Shown here in pieces: positions 12,961 to 26,839 of a stretch of 64,000 bases of DNA (positions are counted from its first letter, which is position 1; every line of letters begins with the position of its first letter). The stretch comes from Utricularia gibba (Eukaryota; Plantae; Magnoliophyta), in contig NEEC01000024.1 of assembly GCA_002189035.1 (NCBI GenBank), positions 1-64,000 on the forward strand, written 5' to 3'. The translations under genes and the position numbers were made by a program. A model generated the notes under the pieces. The model did not search any database. It was not told where the DNA came from and saw nothing but the letters and a program-made list of their open reading frames with translations.

Positions 12961-15900
12961 CTGACTCCTTGCCACATCGGGTCCTACTCGACGAAAATCG
13001 TGCTGCACTTATTGAAGTTAGGATGTCATAGCACCCAAAATGGTTTTCTCAACCGCATGCTTTATATCTGAGGAGGCGCTCTCGTGGGCAACGGTATCGA
13101 GAAGGAGGTCGAGTCGAGCTCGGGCCCATAGTCATTTGTGGCTCGGCAAAAAACTTGATGCATTTCTTAACGTTGGGTTTTAATTGGCTGCCTACATGGT
13201 TTCTCAAGGAAAAGCTTGTCGTTTTTGGGCGGGTGATGTTTGTGAACTTCGTTCTGACCCAAGGTCTTCCTTTGCCACATCGGGTCCTACTCGACGAAAA
13301 TCGTGATGCACTTATTGAAGTTAGGATGTCATGAGCACCCAAATGGTTTTCTCAACCGCATGCTTTATATCTGAGGAGGCGCTCTCGTGGGGCAACGGTA
13401 TCGAGAAGGAGGTCGAGTCGAGCTCGGGCCCATAGTCATTTGTAGCTCGGCAAAAAACTTGATGCATTTCTTAACGTTGGTTTTAATTGGCTGCCTACAT
13501 GGTTTCTCAAGGAAAAGCTTGTCGTTTGGGCGGGTGATGTCGTTGTGAACTTCGTTCTGACCCAAGGTTCTTTGCCACATCGGGTCCTACTCGACGAAAA
13601 TCGTGCTGCACTTATTGAAGTTAGGATGTCATGAGCACCCAAAATGGTTTTCTCAACCGCATGCTTTATATCTGAGGAGGCGCTCTCGTGGGGCAACGGT
13701 ATCGAGAAGGAGGTCGAGTCGAGCTCGGGCCCATAGTCATTGTGGCTCGGCAAAAAACTTGATGCATTTCTTAACGTTGGGTTTTAATTGGCTGCCTACA
13801 TGGTTTCTCAAGGAAAAGCTTGTCGTTTTTGGGCGGGTGATGTCGTTGTGAACTTCGTTCTGACCCAAGGTTCGGTCTGACTCCTTTGCCACATCGGGTC
13901 CTACTCGACGAAAATCGTGATGCACTTATTGAAGTTAGGATGTCATGAGCACCCAAAATGGTTTTCTCAACCGCATGCTTTATATCTGAGGAGGCGCTCT
14001 CGTGGGGCAACGGTATCGAGAAGGAGGTCGAGTCGAGCTCGGGCCCATAGTCATTTGTAGCTCGGCAAAAAAACTTGATGCATTTCTTAACGTTGGGTTT
14101 TAATTGGCTGCCTACATGGTTTCTCAAGGAAAAGCTTGTCGTTTTTGGGCGGGTGATGTCGTTGTGAACTTCGTTCTGACCCAAGGTTCGGTCTGACTCC
14201 TTTGCCACATCGGGTCCTACTCGACGAAAATCGTGCTGCACTTATTGAAGTTAGGATGTCATGAGCACCCAAAATGGTTTTCTCAACCGCATGCTTTATA
14301 TTTGAGGAGGCGCTCTCGTGGGGCAACGGTATCGAGAAGGAGGTCGAGTCGAGCTCGGGCCCATAGTCATTTGTGGCTCGGCAAAAAACTTGATGCATTT
14401 CTTAACGTTGGGTTTTAATTGGCTGCCTACATGGTTTCTCAAGGAAAAGCTTGTCGTTTTTGGGCGGGTGATGTCGTTGTGAACTTCGTTCTGACCCAAA
14501 GGTTCCTTTGCCACATCGGGTCCTACTCGACGAAAATCGTGATGCACTTATTGAAGTAGGATGTCATAAGCACCCAAAATGGTTTTCTCAACCGCATGCT
14601 TTATATCTGAGGAGGCGCTCTCGTGGGCAACGGTATCGAGAAGGAGGTCGAGTCGAGCTCGGGCCCATAGTCATTTGTAGCTCGGCAAAAAAACTTGATG
14701 CATTTCTTAACGTTGGGTTTTAATTGGCTGCCTACATGGTTTCTCAAGGAAAAGCTTGTCGTTTTTGGGCGGGTGATGTCGTTGTGAACTTCGTTCTGAC
14801 CCAAGGTTCGGTCTGACTCCTTTGCCACATCGGGTCCTACTCGACGAAAATCGTGCTGCACTTATTGAAGTTAGGATGTCATGAGCACCCAAAATGGTTT
14901 TCTCAACCGCATGCTTTATATCTGAGGAGGCGCTCTCGTGGGGCAACGGTATCGAGAAGGAGGTCGAGTCGAGCTCGGGCCCATAGTCATTTGTGGCTCG
15001 GCAAAAAACTTGATGCATTTCTTAACGTTGGGTTTTAATTGGCTGCCTACATGGTTTCTCAAGGAAAAGCTTGTCGTTTTTGGCGGGTGATGTCGTTGTG
15101 AACTTCGTTCTGACCCAAGGTTCGGTCTGACTCCTTTGCCACATCGGGTCCTACTCGACGAAAATCGTGATGCACTTATTGAAGTTAGGATGTCATAAGC
15201 ACCCAAAATGGTTTTCTCAACCGCATGCTTTATATCTGAGGAGGCGCTCTCGTGGGGCAACGGTATCGAGAAGGAGGTCGAGTCGAGCTCGGGCCCATAG
15301 TCATTTGTAGCTCGGCAAAAAACTTGATGCATTTCTTAACGTTGGGTTTTAATTGGCTGCCTACATGGTTTCTCAAGGAAAAGCTTGTCGTTTTTGGGCG
15401 GTGATGTCGTTGTGAACTTCGTTCTGACCCAAGGTTCCTTTGCCACATCGGGTCCTACTCGACGAAAATCGTGCTGCACTTATTGAAGTTAGGATGTCAT
15501 GAGCACCCAAAATGGTTTTCTCAACCGCATGCTTTATATCTGAGGAGGCGCTCTCGTGGGGCAACGGTATCGAGAAGGAGGTCGAGTCGAGCTCGGGCCC
15601 ATAGTCATTTGTGGCTCGGCAAAAAACTTGATGCATTTCTTAACGTTGGGTTTTAATTGGCTGCCTACATGGTTTCTCAAGGAAAAGCTTGTCGTTTTTG
15701 GGCGGGTGATGTCGTTGTGAACTTCGTTCTGACCCAAGGTTCGGTCTGACTCCTTTGCCACATCGGGTCCTACTCGACGAAAATCGTGATGCACTTATTG
15801 AAGTTAGGATGTCATGAGCACCCAAAATGGTTTTCTCAACCGCATGCTTTATATCTGAGGAGGCGCTCTCGTGGGCAACGGTATCGAGAAGGAGGTCGAG

Positions 15901-16050
15901 TCGAGCTCGGGCCCATAGTCATTTGTAGCTCGGCAAAAAACTTGATGCATTTCTTAACGTTGGGTTTTAATTGGCTGCCTACATGGTTTCTCAAGGAAAA
16001 GCTTGTCGTTTTTGGGCGGGTGATGTCGTTGTGAACTTCGTTCTGACCCA
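12961..16050. repeat. Local two-monomer higher-order repeat (~620-bp period, 5 copies)
   Basis: Ten consecutive monomers alternate strictly between C44+G183 and A44+A183. Examples: C at 13606 and 14236; A at 13920 and 14542; GTAGCT at ~14057, ~14667, ~15307 and ~15925. Confidence 0.65.
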
Positions 16051-19000
16051 AGGTTGACTCCTTTGCCACATCGGGTCCTACTCGACGAAAATCGTGATGC
16101 ACTTATTGAAGTTAGGATGTCATGAGCACCCAAAATGGTTTTCTCAACCGCATGCTTTATATCTGAGGAGGCGCTCTCGTGGGGCAACGGTATCGAGAAG
16201 GAGGTCGAGTCGAGCTCGGGCCCATAGTCATTTGTAGCTCGGCAAAAAACTTGATGCATTTCTTAACGTTGGTTTTAATTGGCTGCCTACATGGTTTCTC
16301 AAGGAAAAGCTTGTCGTTTTTGGGCGGGTGATGTCGTTGTGAACTTCGTTCTGACCCAAGGTTCGTCTGACTCCTTTGCCACATCGGGTCCTACTCGACG
16401 AAAATCGTGCTGCACTTATTGAAGTTAGGATGTCATGAGCACCCAAAATGGTTTTCTCAACCGCATGCTTTATATCTGATAAGGCGCTCTCGTGGGCAAC
16501 GGTATCGAGAAGAGGTCGAGTCGAGCTCGGGCCCATAGTCATTTGTGGCTCGGCAAAAAACTTGATGCATTTCTTAACGTTGGGTTTTAATTGGCTGCCT
16601 ACATGGTTTCTCAAGGAAAAGCTTGTCGTTTTTGGCGGGTGATGTCGTTGTGAACTTCGTTCTGACCCAAGGTTCCTTTGCCACATCGGGTCCTACTCGA
16701 CGAAAATCGTGATGCACTTATTGAAGTTAGGATGTCATGAGCACCCAAAATGGTTTTCTCAACCGCATGCTTTATATCTGAGGAGGCGCTCTCGTGGGGC
16801 AACGGTATCGAGAAGGAGGTCGAGTCGAGCTCGGGCCCATAGTCATTTGTAGCTCGGCAAAAAACTTGATGCATTTCTTAACGTTGGGTTTTAATTGGCT
16901 GCCTACATGGTTTCTCAAGGAAAAGCTTGTCGTTTTTGGGCGGGTGATGTCGTTGTGAACTTCGTTCTGACCCAAGGTTCGGTCTGACTCCTTTGCCACA
17001 TCGGGTCCTACTCGACGAAAATCGTGATGCACTTATTGAAGTTAGGATGTCATGAGCACCCAAAATGGTTTTCTCAACCGCATGCTTTATATCTGAGGAG
17101 GCGCTCTCGTGGGCAACGGTATCGAGAAGGAGGTCGAGTCGAGCTCGGCCCATAGTCATTTGTGGCTCGGCAAAAAACTTGATGCATTTCTTAACGTTGG
17201 GTTTTAATTGGCTGCCTACATGGTTTCTCAAGGAAAAGCTTGTCGTTTTTGGGCGGGTGATGTCGTTGTGAACTTCGTTCTGACCCAAGGTTCCTTTGCC
17301 ACATCGGGTCCTACTCGACGAAAATCGTGCTGCACTTATTGAAGTTAGGATGTCATGAGCACCCAAAATGGTTTTCTCAACCGCATGCTTTATATCTGAG
17401 GAGGCGCTCTCGTGGGGCAACGGTATCGAGAAGGAGGTCGAGTCGAGCTCGGGCCCATAGTCATTTGTAGCTCGGCAAAAAACTTGATGCATTTCTTAAC
17501 GTTGGGTTTTAATTGGCTGCCTACATGGTTTCTCAAGGAAAAGCTTGTCGTTTTTGGGCGGTGATGTCGTTGTGAACTTCGTTCTGACCCAAGGTTCGGT
17601 CTGACTCCTTTGCCACATCGGGTCCTACTCGACGAAAATCGTGATGCACTTATTGAAGTTAGGATGTCATAAGCACCCAAAATGTTTTCTCAACCGCATG
17701 CTTTATATCTGAGGAGGCGCTCTCGTGGGGCAACGGTATCGAGAAGGAGGTCGAGTCGAGCTCGGGCCCATAGTCATTTGTAGCTCGGCAAAAAACTTGA
17801 TGCATTTCTTAACGTTGGGTTTTAATTGGCTGCCTACATGTTTCTCAAGGAAAAGCTTGTCGTTTTTGGGCGGGTGATGTCGTTGTGAACTTCGTTCTGA
17901 CCCAAGGTCCTTTGCCACATCGGGTCCTACTCGACGAAAATCGTGCTGCACTTATTGAAGTTAGGATGTCATGAGCACCCAAAATGGTTTTCTCAACCGC
18001 ATGCTTTATATCTGAGGAGGCGCTCTCGTGGGGCAACGGTATCGAGAAGGAGGTCGAGTCGAGCTCGGGCCCATAGTCATTTGTGGCTCGGCAAAAAACT
18101 TGATGCATTTCTTAACGTTGGGTTTTAATTGGCTGCCTACATGGTTTCTCAAGGAAAAGCTTGTCGTTTTTTGGGGTGATGTGTTGTGAACTTCGTTCTG
18201 ACCCAAGGTTCTGACTCCTTTGCCACATCGGGTCCTACTCGACGAAAATCGTGGCTGCACTTATTGAAGTTAGGATGTCATGAGCACCCAAAATGGTTTT
18301 CTCAACCGCATGCTTATATCTGAGGAGGCGCTCTCGTGGGGCAACGGTATCGAGAAGGAGGTCGAGTCGAGCTCGGGCCCATAGTCATTTGTGGCTCGGC
18401 AAAAAACTTGATGCATTTCTTAACGTTGGGTTTTAATTGGCTGCCTACATGGTTTCTCAAGGAAAAGCTTGTCGTTTTTTGGCGGGTGATGTCGTTGTGA
18501 ACTTCGTTCTGACCCAAGGTTCGGTCTGACTCCTTTGCCACATCGGTCCTACTCGACGAAAATCGTGCTGCACTTATTGAAGTTAGGATGTCATGAGCAC
18601 CCAAAATGGTTTTCTCAACCGCATGCTTTATATCTGAGGAGGCGCTCTCGTGGGGCAACGGTATCGAGAAGGAGGTCGAGTCGAGCTCGGGCCCATAGTC
18701 ATTTGTGGCTCGGCAAAAAACTTGATGCATTTCTTAACGTTGGGTTTTAATTGGCTGCCTACATGGTTTCTCAAGGAAAAGCTTGTCGTTTTTGGGCGGG
18801 TGATCGTTGTGAACTCGTTCTGACCCAAGGTTCGGTCTGACTCCTTGCCACATCGGGTCCTACTCGACGAAAATCGTGATGCACTTATTGAAGTTAGGAT
18901 GTCATGAGCACCCAAAATGGTTTCTCAACCGCATGCTTATATCTGAGGAGGCGCTCTCGTGGGGCAACGGTATCGAGAAGGAGGTCGAGTCGAGCTCGGC

Positions 19001-22000
19001 CCATAGTCATTTGTAGCTCGGCAAAAAACTTGATGCATTTCTTAACGTTGGTTTTAATTGGCTGCCTACATGGTTTCTCAAGGAAAAGCTTGTCGTTTTT
19101 GGGCGGTGATGTCGTTGAACTTCGTTCTGACCCAAGGTTCCTTCCTTTGCCACATCGGTCCTACTCGACGAAAATCGTGCTGCACTTATTGAAGTTAGGA
19201 TGTCATGAGCACCCAAAATGGTTTTCTCAACCGCATGCTTTATATTTGAAAGGCGCTCTCGTGGGCAACGGTATCGAGAAGGAGGTCGAGTCGAGCTCGG
19301 CCCATAGTCATTTGTGCTCGGCAACTTGATGCATTTCTTAACGTTGGTTTTAATTGGCTGCCTACATGGTTCTCAAGGAAAAGTGATGTCGTTGTGAACT
19401 TCGTTCTGACCCTCCTTTGCCACATCGGGTCCTACTCGACGAAAATCGTGATGCACTTATTGAAGTTAGGATGTCATGAGCACCCAAAATGGTTTTCTCA
19501 ACCGCATGCTTTATATCTGAGGAGGCGCTCTCGTGGGGCAACGGTATCGAAAGGAGGTCGAGTCGAGCTCGGGCCCATAGTCATTTGTAGCTCGGCAAAA
19601 AACTTGATGCATTTCTTAACGTTGGTTTTAATTGGCTGCCTACATGGTTTCTCAAGGAAAAGCTTGTCGTTTTTGGGCGGGTGATGTCGTTGTGAACTTC
19701 GTTCTGACCAAGGGTGACTCCTTTGCCACATCGGGTCCTACTCGACGAAAATCTGCACTTATTGAAGTTAGGATGTCATCAAAATTTTCTCAACCGCATG
19801 CTTTATATCTGAGGAGGCGCTCTCGTGGGGCAACGGTATCGAGAAGGAGGTCGAGTCGAGCTCGGGCCCATAGTCATTTGTGCTCGGCAAAAAACTTGAT
19901 GCATTTCTTAACGTTGGGTTTTAATTGGCTGCCTACATTTCTCAAGGAAAAGCTTGTCGTTTTTGGGCGTGATGTCTTGTGAACTTCGTTCTGACCCAAA
20001 CTCCTTTGCCACATCGGGTCCTACTCGACGAAATCGTGCTGCACTTATTGAAGTTAGGATGTCATGAGCACCAAAATGGTTTTCTCAACCGCATGCTTTA
20101 TATCTGAGGAGGCGCTCTCGTGGGGCAACGGTATCGAGAAGGAGGTCGAGTCGAGCTCGGGCCCATAGTCATTTGTGCTCGGCAAAAAACTTGATGCATT
20201 TCTTAACGTTGGGTTTTAATTGGCTGCCTACATGGTTTCTCAAGGAAAAGCTTGTCGTTTTGGGGGTGATGTCGTTGTGAACTTCGTTCTGACCCAAGGT
20301 TCGGTCTGACTCCTTTGCCACATCGGGTCTACTCGAAAATCGTGCTGCACTTATTGAAGTTAGGATGTCAATGAGCACCAAAATGGTTTTCTCAACCGCA
20401 TGCTTTATATCTGAGGAGGCGCTCTCGTGGGGCAACGGTATCGAGAAGGAGGTCGAGTCGAGCTCGGGCCCATAGTCATTTGTAGCTCGGCAAAAAACTT
20501 GATGCATTTCTTAACGTTGGGTTTTAATTGGCTGCCTACATGGTTTCTCAAGGAAAAGCTTGTCGTTTTTGGGCGGGTGATGTCGTTGTGAACTTCGTTC
20601 TGACCCAAGGTTCCTTTGCCACATCGGGTCCTACTCGACGAAAATCGTGCTGCACTTATTGAAGTTAGGATGTCATGAGCACCCAAAATGGTTTTCTCAA
20701 CCGCATGCTTTATATCTGAGGAGGCGCTCTCGTGGGGCAACGGTATCGAGAAGGAGGTCGAGTCGAGCTCGGGCCCATAGTCATTTGTAGCTCGGCAAAA
20801 AACTTGATGCATTTCTTAACGTTGGGTTTTAATTGGCTGCCTACATGGTTTCTCAAGGAAAAGCTTGTCGTTTTTGGCGGTGATGTCGTTGTGAACTTCG
20901 TTCTGACCCAAGGTCTGACTCCTTTGCCACATCGGGTCCTACTCGACGAAAATCGTGCTGCACTTATTGAAGTTAGATGTCATGAGCACCCAAAATGGTT
21001 TTCTCAACCGCATGCTTTATATCTGAGGAGGCGCTCTCGTGGGGCAACGGTATCGAGAAGGAGGTCGAGTCGAGCTCGGCCCATAGTCATTTGTGGCTCG
21101 GCAAAAAAACTTGATGCATTTCTTAACGTTGGGTTTTAATTGGCTGCCTACATGGTTTCTCAAGGAAAAGCTTGTCGTTTTGGGCGGTGATGTCGTTGTG
21201 AACTTCGTTCTGACCCAAGTTCGGTCTGACTCCTTTGCCACATCGGGTCCTACTCGACGAAAATCGTTATTGAAGTTAGGATGTCATGAGCACCCAAAAT
21301 GGTTTTCTCAACCGCATGCTTTATATCTGAGGAGGCGCTCTCGTGGGGCAACGGTATCGAGAAGGAGGTCGAGTCGAGCTCGGGCCCATAGTCATTTGTA
21401 GCTCGGCAAAAAACTTGATGCATTTCTTAACGTTGGGTTTTAATTGGCTGCCTACATGGTTTCTCAAGGAAAAGCTTGTCGTTTTTGGGCGGGTGATGTC
21501 GTTGTGAACTTCGTTCTGACCCAAGGTTCCTTTGCCACATCGGTCCTACTCGACGAAAATCGTGCTGCACTTTGAAGTTAGGATGTCATGAGCACCCAAA
21601 ATGGTTTTCTCAACCGCATGCTTTATATCTGAGGAGGCGCTCTCGTGGGGCAACGGTATCGAGAAGGAGGTCGAGTCGAGCTCGGGCCCATAGTCATTTG
21701 TGGCTCGGCAAAAAACTTGATGCATTTCTTAACGTTGGGTTTTAATTGGCTGCCTACATGGTTTCTCAAGGAAAAGCTTGTCGTTTTTGGGCGGGTGATG
21801 TCGTTGTGAACTTCGTTCTGACCCAAGGGTGACTCCTTTGCCACATCGGGTCCTACTCGACGAAAATCGTGATGCACTTATTGAAGTTAGGATGTCATGA
21901 GCACCCAAAATGGTTTTCTCAACCGCATGCTTTATATCTGAGGAGGCGCTCTCGTGGGGCAACGGTATCGAGAAGGAGGTCGAGTCGAGCTCGGGCCCAT

Positions 22001-25000
22001 AGTCATTTGTGGCTCGGCAAAAAACTTGATGCATTTCTTAACGTTGGGTTTTAATTGGCTGCCTACATGGTTTCTCAAGGAAAAGCTTGTCGTTTTTGGG
22101 CGGGTGATGTCGTTGTGAACTTCGTTCTGACCCAACTGACTCCTTTGCCACATCGGTCCTACTCGACGAAAATCGTGATGCACTTATTGAAGTTAGGATG
22201 TCATGAGCACCCAAAATGGTTTTCTCAACCGCATGCTTTATATCTGAGGAGGCGCTCTCGTGGGGCAACGGTATCGAGAAGGAGGTCGAGTCGAGCTCGG
22301 GCCCATAGTCATTTGTAGCTCGGCAAAAAACTTGATGCATTCTTAACGTTGGGTTTTAATTGGCTGCCTACATGGTTTCTCAAGGAAAAGCTTGTCGTTT
22401 TTGGGGGGTGATGTCGTTGTGAACTTCGTTCTGACCCAAGGTTCCTGACTCCTTTGCCACATCGGGTCCTACTCGACGAAAATCGTGATGCACTTATTGA
22501 AGTTAGGATGTCATGAGCACCCAAAATGGTTTTCTCAACCGCATGCTTTATATCTGAGGCGCTCTCGTGGGGCAACGGTATCGAGAAGGAGGTCGAGTCG
22601 AGCTCGGGCCCATAGTCATTTAGCTCGGCAAAAAACTTGATGCATTTCTTAACGTTGGGTTTTAATTGGCTGCCTACATGGTTTCTCAAGGAAAAGCTTG
22701 TCGTTTTGGGCATGTCGTTGTGAACTTCGTTCTGACCCAAAGGTTCCTTTGCCACATCGGGTCCTACTCGACGAAAATCGTGCTGCACTTATTGAAGTTA
22801 GGATGTCATGAGCACCCAAAATGGTTTTCTCAACCGCATGCTTTATATCTGAGGAGGCGCTCTCGTGGGGCAACGGTATCGAGAAGGAGGTCGAGTCGAG
22901 CTCGGGCCCATAGTCATTTGTGGCTCGGCAAAAAACTTGATGCATTTCTTAACGTTGGGTTTTAATTGGCTGCCTACATGGTTTCTCAAGAAAAGCTTGT
23001 CGTTTTTGGGCGGTGATGTCGTTGTGAACTTCGTTCTGACCCAAGGTTCGGTCTGACTCCTTTGCCACATCGGGTCCTACTCGACGAAAATCGTGATGCA
23101 CTTATTGAAGTTAGGATGTCATGAGCACCCAAAATGGTTTTCTCAACCGCATGCTTTATATCTGAGGAGGCGCTCTCGTGGGGCAACGGTATCGAGAAGG
23201 AGTCGAGTCGAGCTCGGGCCCATAGTCATTTGTAGCTCGGCAAAAAAACTTGATGCATTTCTTAACGTTGGGTTTTAATTGGCTGCCTACATGGTTTCTC
23301 AAGGAAAAGCTTGTCGTTTTTGGGCGGGTGATGTCGTTGTGAACTTCGTTCTGACCCAAGGTTCGGTCTGACTCCTTTGCCACATCGGGTCCTACTCGAC
23401 GAAAATCGTGCTGCACTTATTGAAGTTAGGATGTCATAAGCACCCAAAATGGTTTTCTCACCGCATGCTTTATATCTGAGGAGGCGCTCTCGTGGGGCAA
23501 CGGTATCGAGAAGGAGGTCGAGTCGAGCTCGGGCCCATAGTCATTTGTAGCTCGGCAAAAAACTTGATGCATTTCTTAACGTTGGGTTTTAATTGGCTGC
23601 CTACATGGTTTCTCAAGGAAAAGCTTGTCGTTTTGCGGGTGATGTCGTTGTGAACTTCGTTCTGACCCAACTGACTCCTTTGCCACATCGGGTCCTACTC
23701 GACGAAAATCGTGCTGCACTTATTGAAGTTAGGATGTCATGAGCACCCAAAATGGTTTCTCAACCGCATGCTTTATATCTGAGGAGGCGCTCTCGTGGGC
23801 AACGGTATCGAGAAGGAGGTCGAGTCGAGCTCGGGCCCATAGTCATTTGTGGCTCGGCAAAAAACTTGATGCATTTCTTAACGTTGGGTTTTAATTGGCT
23901 GCCTACATGGTTTCTCAAGGAAAAGCTTGTCGTTTTTGGGCGGTGATGTCGTTGTGAACTTCGTTCTGACCCAAGGTTCGGTCTGACTCCTTTGCCACAT
24001 CGGGTCCTACTCGACGAAATCGTGCTGCACTTATTGAAGTTAGGATGTCATGAGCACCCAAAATGGTTTTCTCAACCGCATGCTTTATATCTGAGGAGGC
24101 GCTCTCGTGGGCAACGGTATCGAGAAGGAGGTCGAGTCGAGCTCGGGCCCATAGTCATTTGTGGCTCGGCAAAAAACTTGATGCATTTCTTAACGTTGGG
24201 TTTTAATTGGCTGCCTACATGGTTTCTCAAGGAAAAGCTTGTCGTTTTTGGGCGGGTGATGTCGTTGTGAACTTCGTTCTGACCCAAGGTTCCTTTGCCA
24301 CATCGGGTCCTACTCGACGAAAATCGTGCTGCACTTATTGAAGTTAGGATGTCATGAGCACCCAAAATGGTTTTCTCAACCGCATGCTTTATATCTGAGG
24401 AGGCGCTCTCGTGGGGCAACGGTATCGAAAGGTCGAGTCGAGCTCGGCCCATAGTCATTTGTGGCTCGGCAAAAAAACTTGATGCATTTCTTAACGTTGG
24501 GTTTTAATTGGCTGCCTACATGGTTTCTCAAGGAAAAGCTTGTCGTTTTTGGGCGGGTGATGTCGTTGTGAACTTCGTTCTGACCCAATCCTTTGCCACA
24601 TCGGGTCCTACTCGACGAAAATCGTGCACTTATTGAAGTTAGGATGTCATGAGCACCCAAAATGGTTTTCTCAACCGCATGCTTTATATCTGAGGAGGCG
24701 CTCTCGTGGGCAACGGTATCGAGAAGGAGGTCGAGTCGAGCTCGGGCCCATAGTCATTTGTGGCTCGGCAAAAAACTTGATGCATTTCTTAACGTTGGGT
24801 TTTAATTGGCTGCCTACATGGTTTCTCAAGGAAAAGCTTGTCGTTTTTGGGCGGTGATGTCGTTGTGAACTTCGTTCTGACCCAAGGTCTGACTCCTTTG
24901 CCACATCGGGTCCTACTCGACGAAAATCGTGATGCACTTATTGAAGTTAGGATGTCATAAGCACCCAAAATGGTTTTCTCAACCGCATGCTTTATATCTG

Positions 25001-26839
25001 AGGAGGCGCTCTCGTGGGGCAACGTATCGAGAAGGAGGTCGAGTCGAGCTCGGGCCCATAGTCATTTGTAGCTCGGCAAAAAAACTTGATGCATTTCTTA
25101 ACGTTGGTTTTAATTGGCTGCCTACATGGTTTCTCAAGGAAAAGCTTGTCGTTTTTGGGCGGTGATGTCGTTGTGAACTTCGTTCTGACCAAGGTTCGGT
25201 CTGACTCCTTTGCCACATCGGGTCCTACTCGACGAAAATCGTGATGCACTTATTGAAGTTAGGATGTCATGAGCACCCAAAATGGTTTTCTCAACCGCAT
25301 GCTTTATATCTGGCGCTCTCGTGGGGCAACGGTATCGAGAAGGAGGTCGAGTCGAGCTCGGGCCCATAGTCATTTTAGCTCGGCAAAAAACTTGATGCAT
25401 TTCTTAACGTTGGGTTTTAATTGGCTGCCTACATGGTTTCTCAAGGAAAAGCTTGTCGTTTTTGGGCGGGTGATGTCGTTGTGAACTTCGTTCTGACCCA
25501 AGGTTCCTTTGCCACATCGGGTCCTACTCGACGAAAATCGTGCTGCACTTATTGAAGTTAGGATGTCATGAGCACCCAAAATGGTTTTCTCAACCGCATG
25601 CTTTATATCTGAGGAGGCGCTCTCGTGGGGCAACGGTATCGAGAAGGAGGTCGAGTCGAGCTCGGCCCATAGTCATTTGTAGCTCGGCAAAAAACTTGAT
25701 GCATTTCTTAACGTTGGGTTTTAATTGGCTGCCTACATGGTTTCTCAAGGAAAAGCTTGTCGTTTTTGGGCGGTGATGTCGTTGTGAACTTCGTTCTGAC
25801 CCAAGGTTCGGTCTGACTCCTTTGCCACATCGGGTCCTACTCGACGAAAATCGTGCTGCACTTATTGAAGTTAGGATGTCATAAGCACCCAAAATTTTTT
25901 CTCAACCGCATGCTTTATATCAGGCGCTCTCGTGGGGCAACGGTATCGAGAAGGAGGTCGAGTCGAGCTCGGGCCCATAGTCATTTGTAGCTCGGCAAAA
26001 AACTTGATGCATTTCTTAACGTTGGGTTTAATACATTGGCTGTCGTTTTTGGGCGGGTGATGTCGTTGTGAACTTCGTTCTGACCCAAGGGACTCCTTCC
26101 ACATCAACGAAAATCGTGAAATTGAGCTTGTCGTGCTTTATATCTGAGGAGGCGCTCTCGTGGGCAACGGTATCGAGAAGGAGGTCGAGTCGTTGTGAAC
26201 TTCGTTCTGACATGGTTTCTCAAGGAAAAGCTTGTCGTTTTTGGGCGGGTGATGTGCCACCCAAGGTTCGGGTCCTACTCGACGAAAATCGTGCTGCACT
26301 TATTGAAGTTAGGATGTCATGAGCACCCAAAATGGTTTTCTCAACCGCATGCTTTATATCTGAGGAGGCGCTCTCGTGGGGCAACGGTATCGAGAAGGAG
26401 GTCGAGTCGAGCTCGGGCCCATAGTCATTTGTGGCTCGGCAAAAAACTTGATGCATTTCTTAACGTTGGGTTTTAATTGGCTGCCTACATGGTTTCTCAA
26501 GGAAAAGCTTGTCGTTTTTGGGGGTGATGTCGTTGTGAACTTCGTTCTGACCCAAGGTTCCTGACTCCTTTGCCACATCGGGTCCTACTCGACGAAAATC
26601 GTGATGCACTTATTGAAGTTAGGATGTCATAAGCACCCAAAATGGTTTTCTCAACCGCATGCTTTATATCTGAGGAGGCGCTCTCGTGGGCAACGTATCG
26701 AGAAGGAGGTCGAGTCGAGCTCGGCCCATAGTCATTTGTAGGCTCGGCAAAAAACTTGATGCATTTCTTAACGTTTTTTAATTGGCTGCCTACATGGTTT
26801 CTCAAGGAAAAGCTTGTCGTTTTTGGGCGGTGATGTCGT

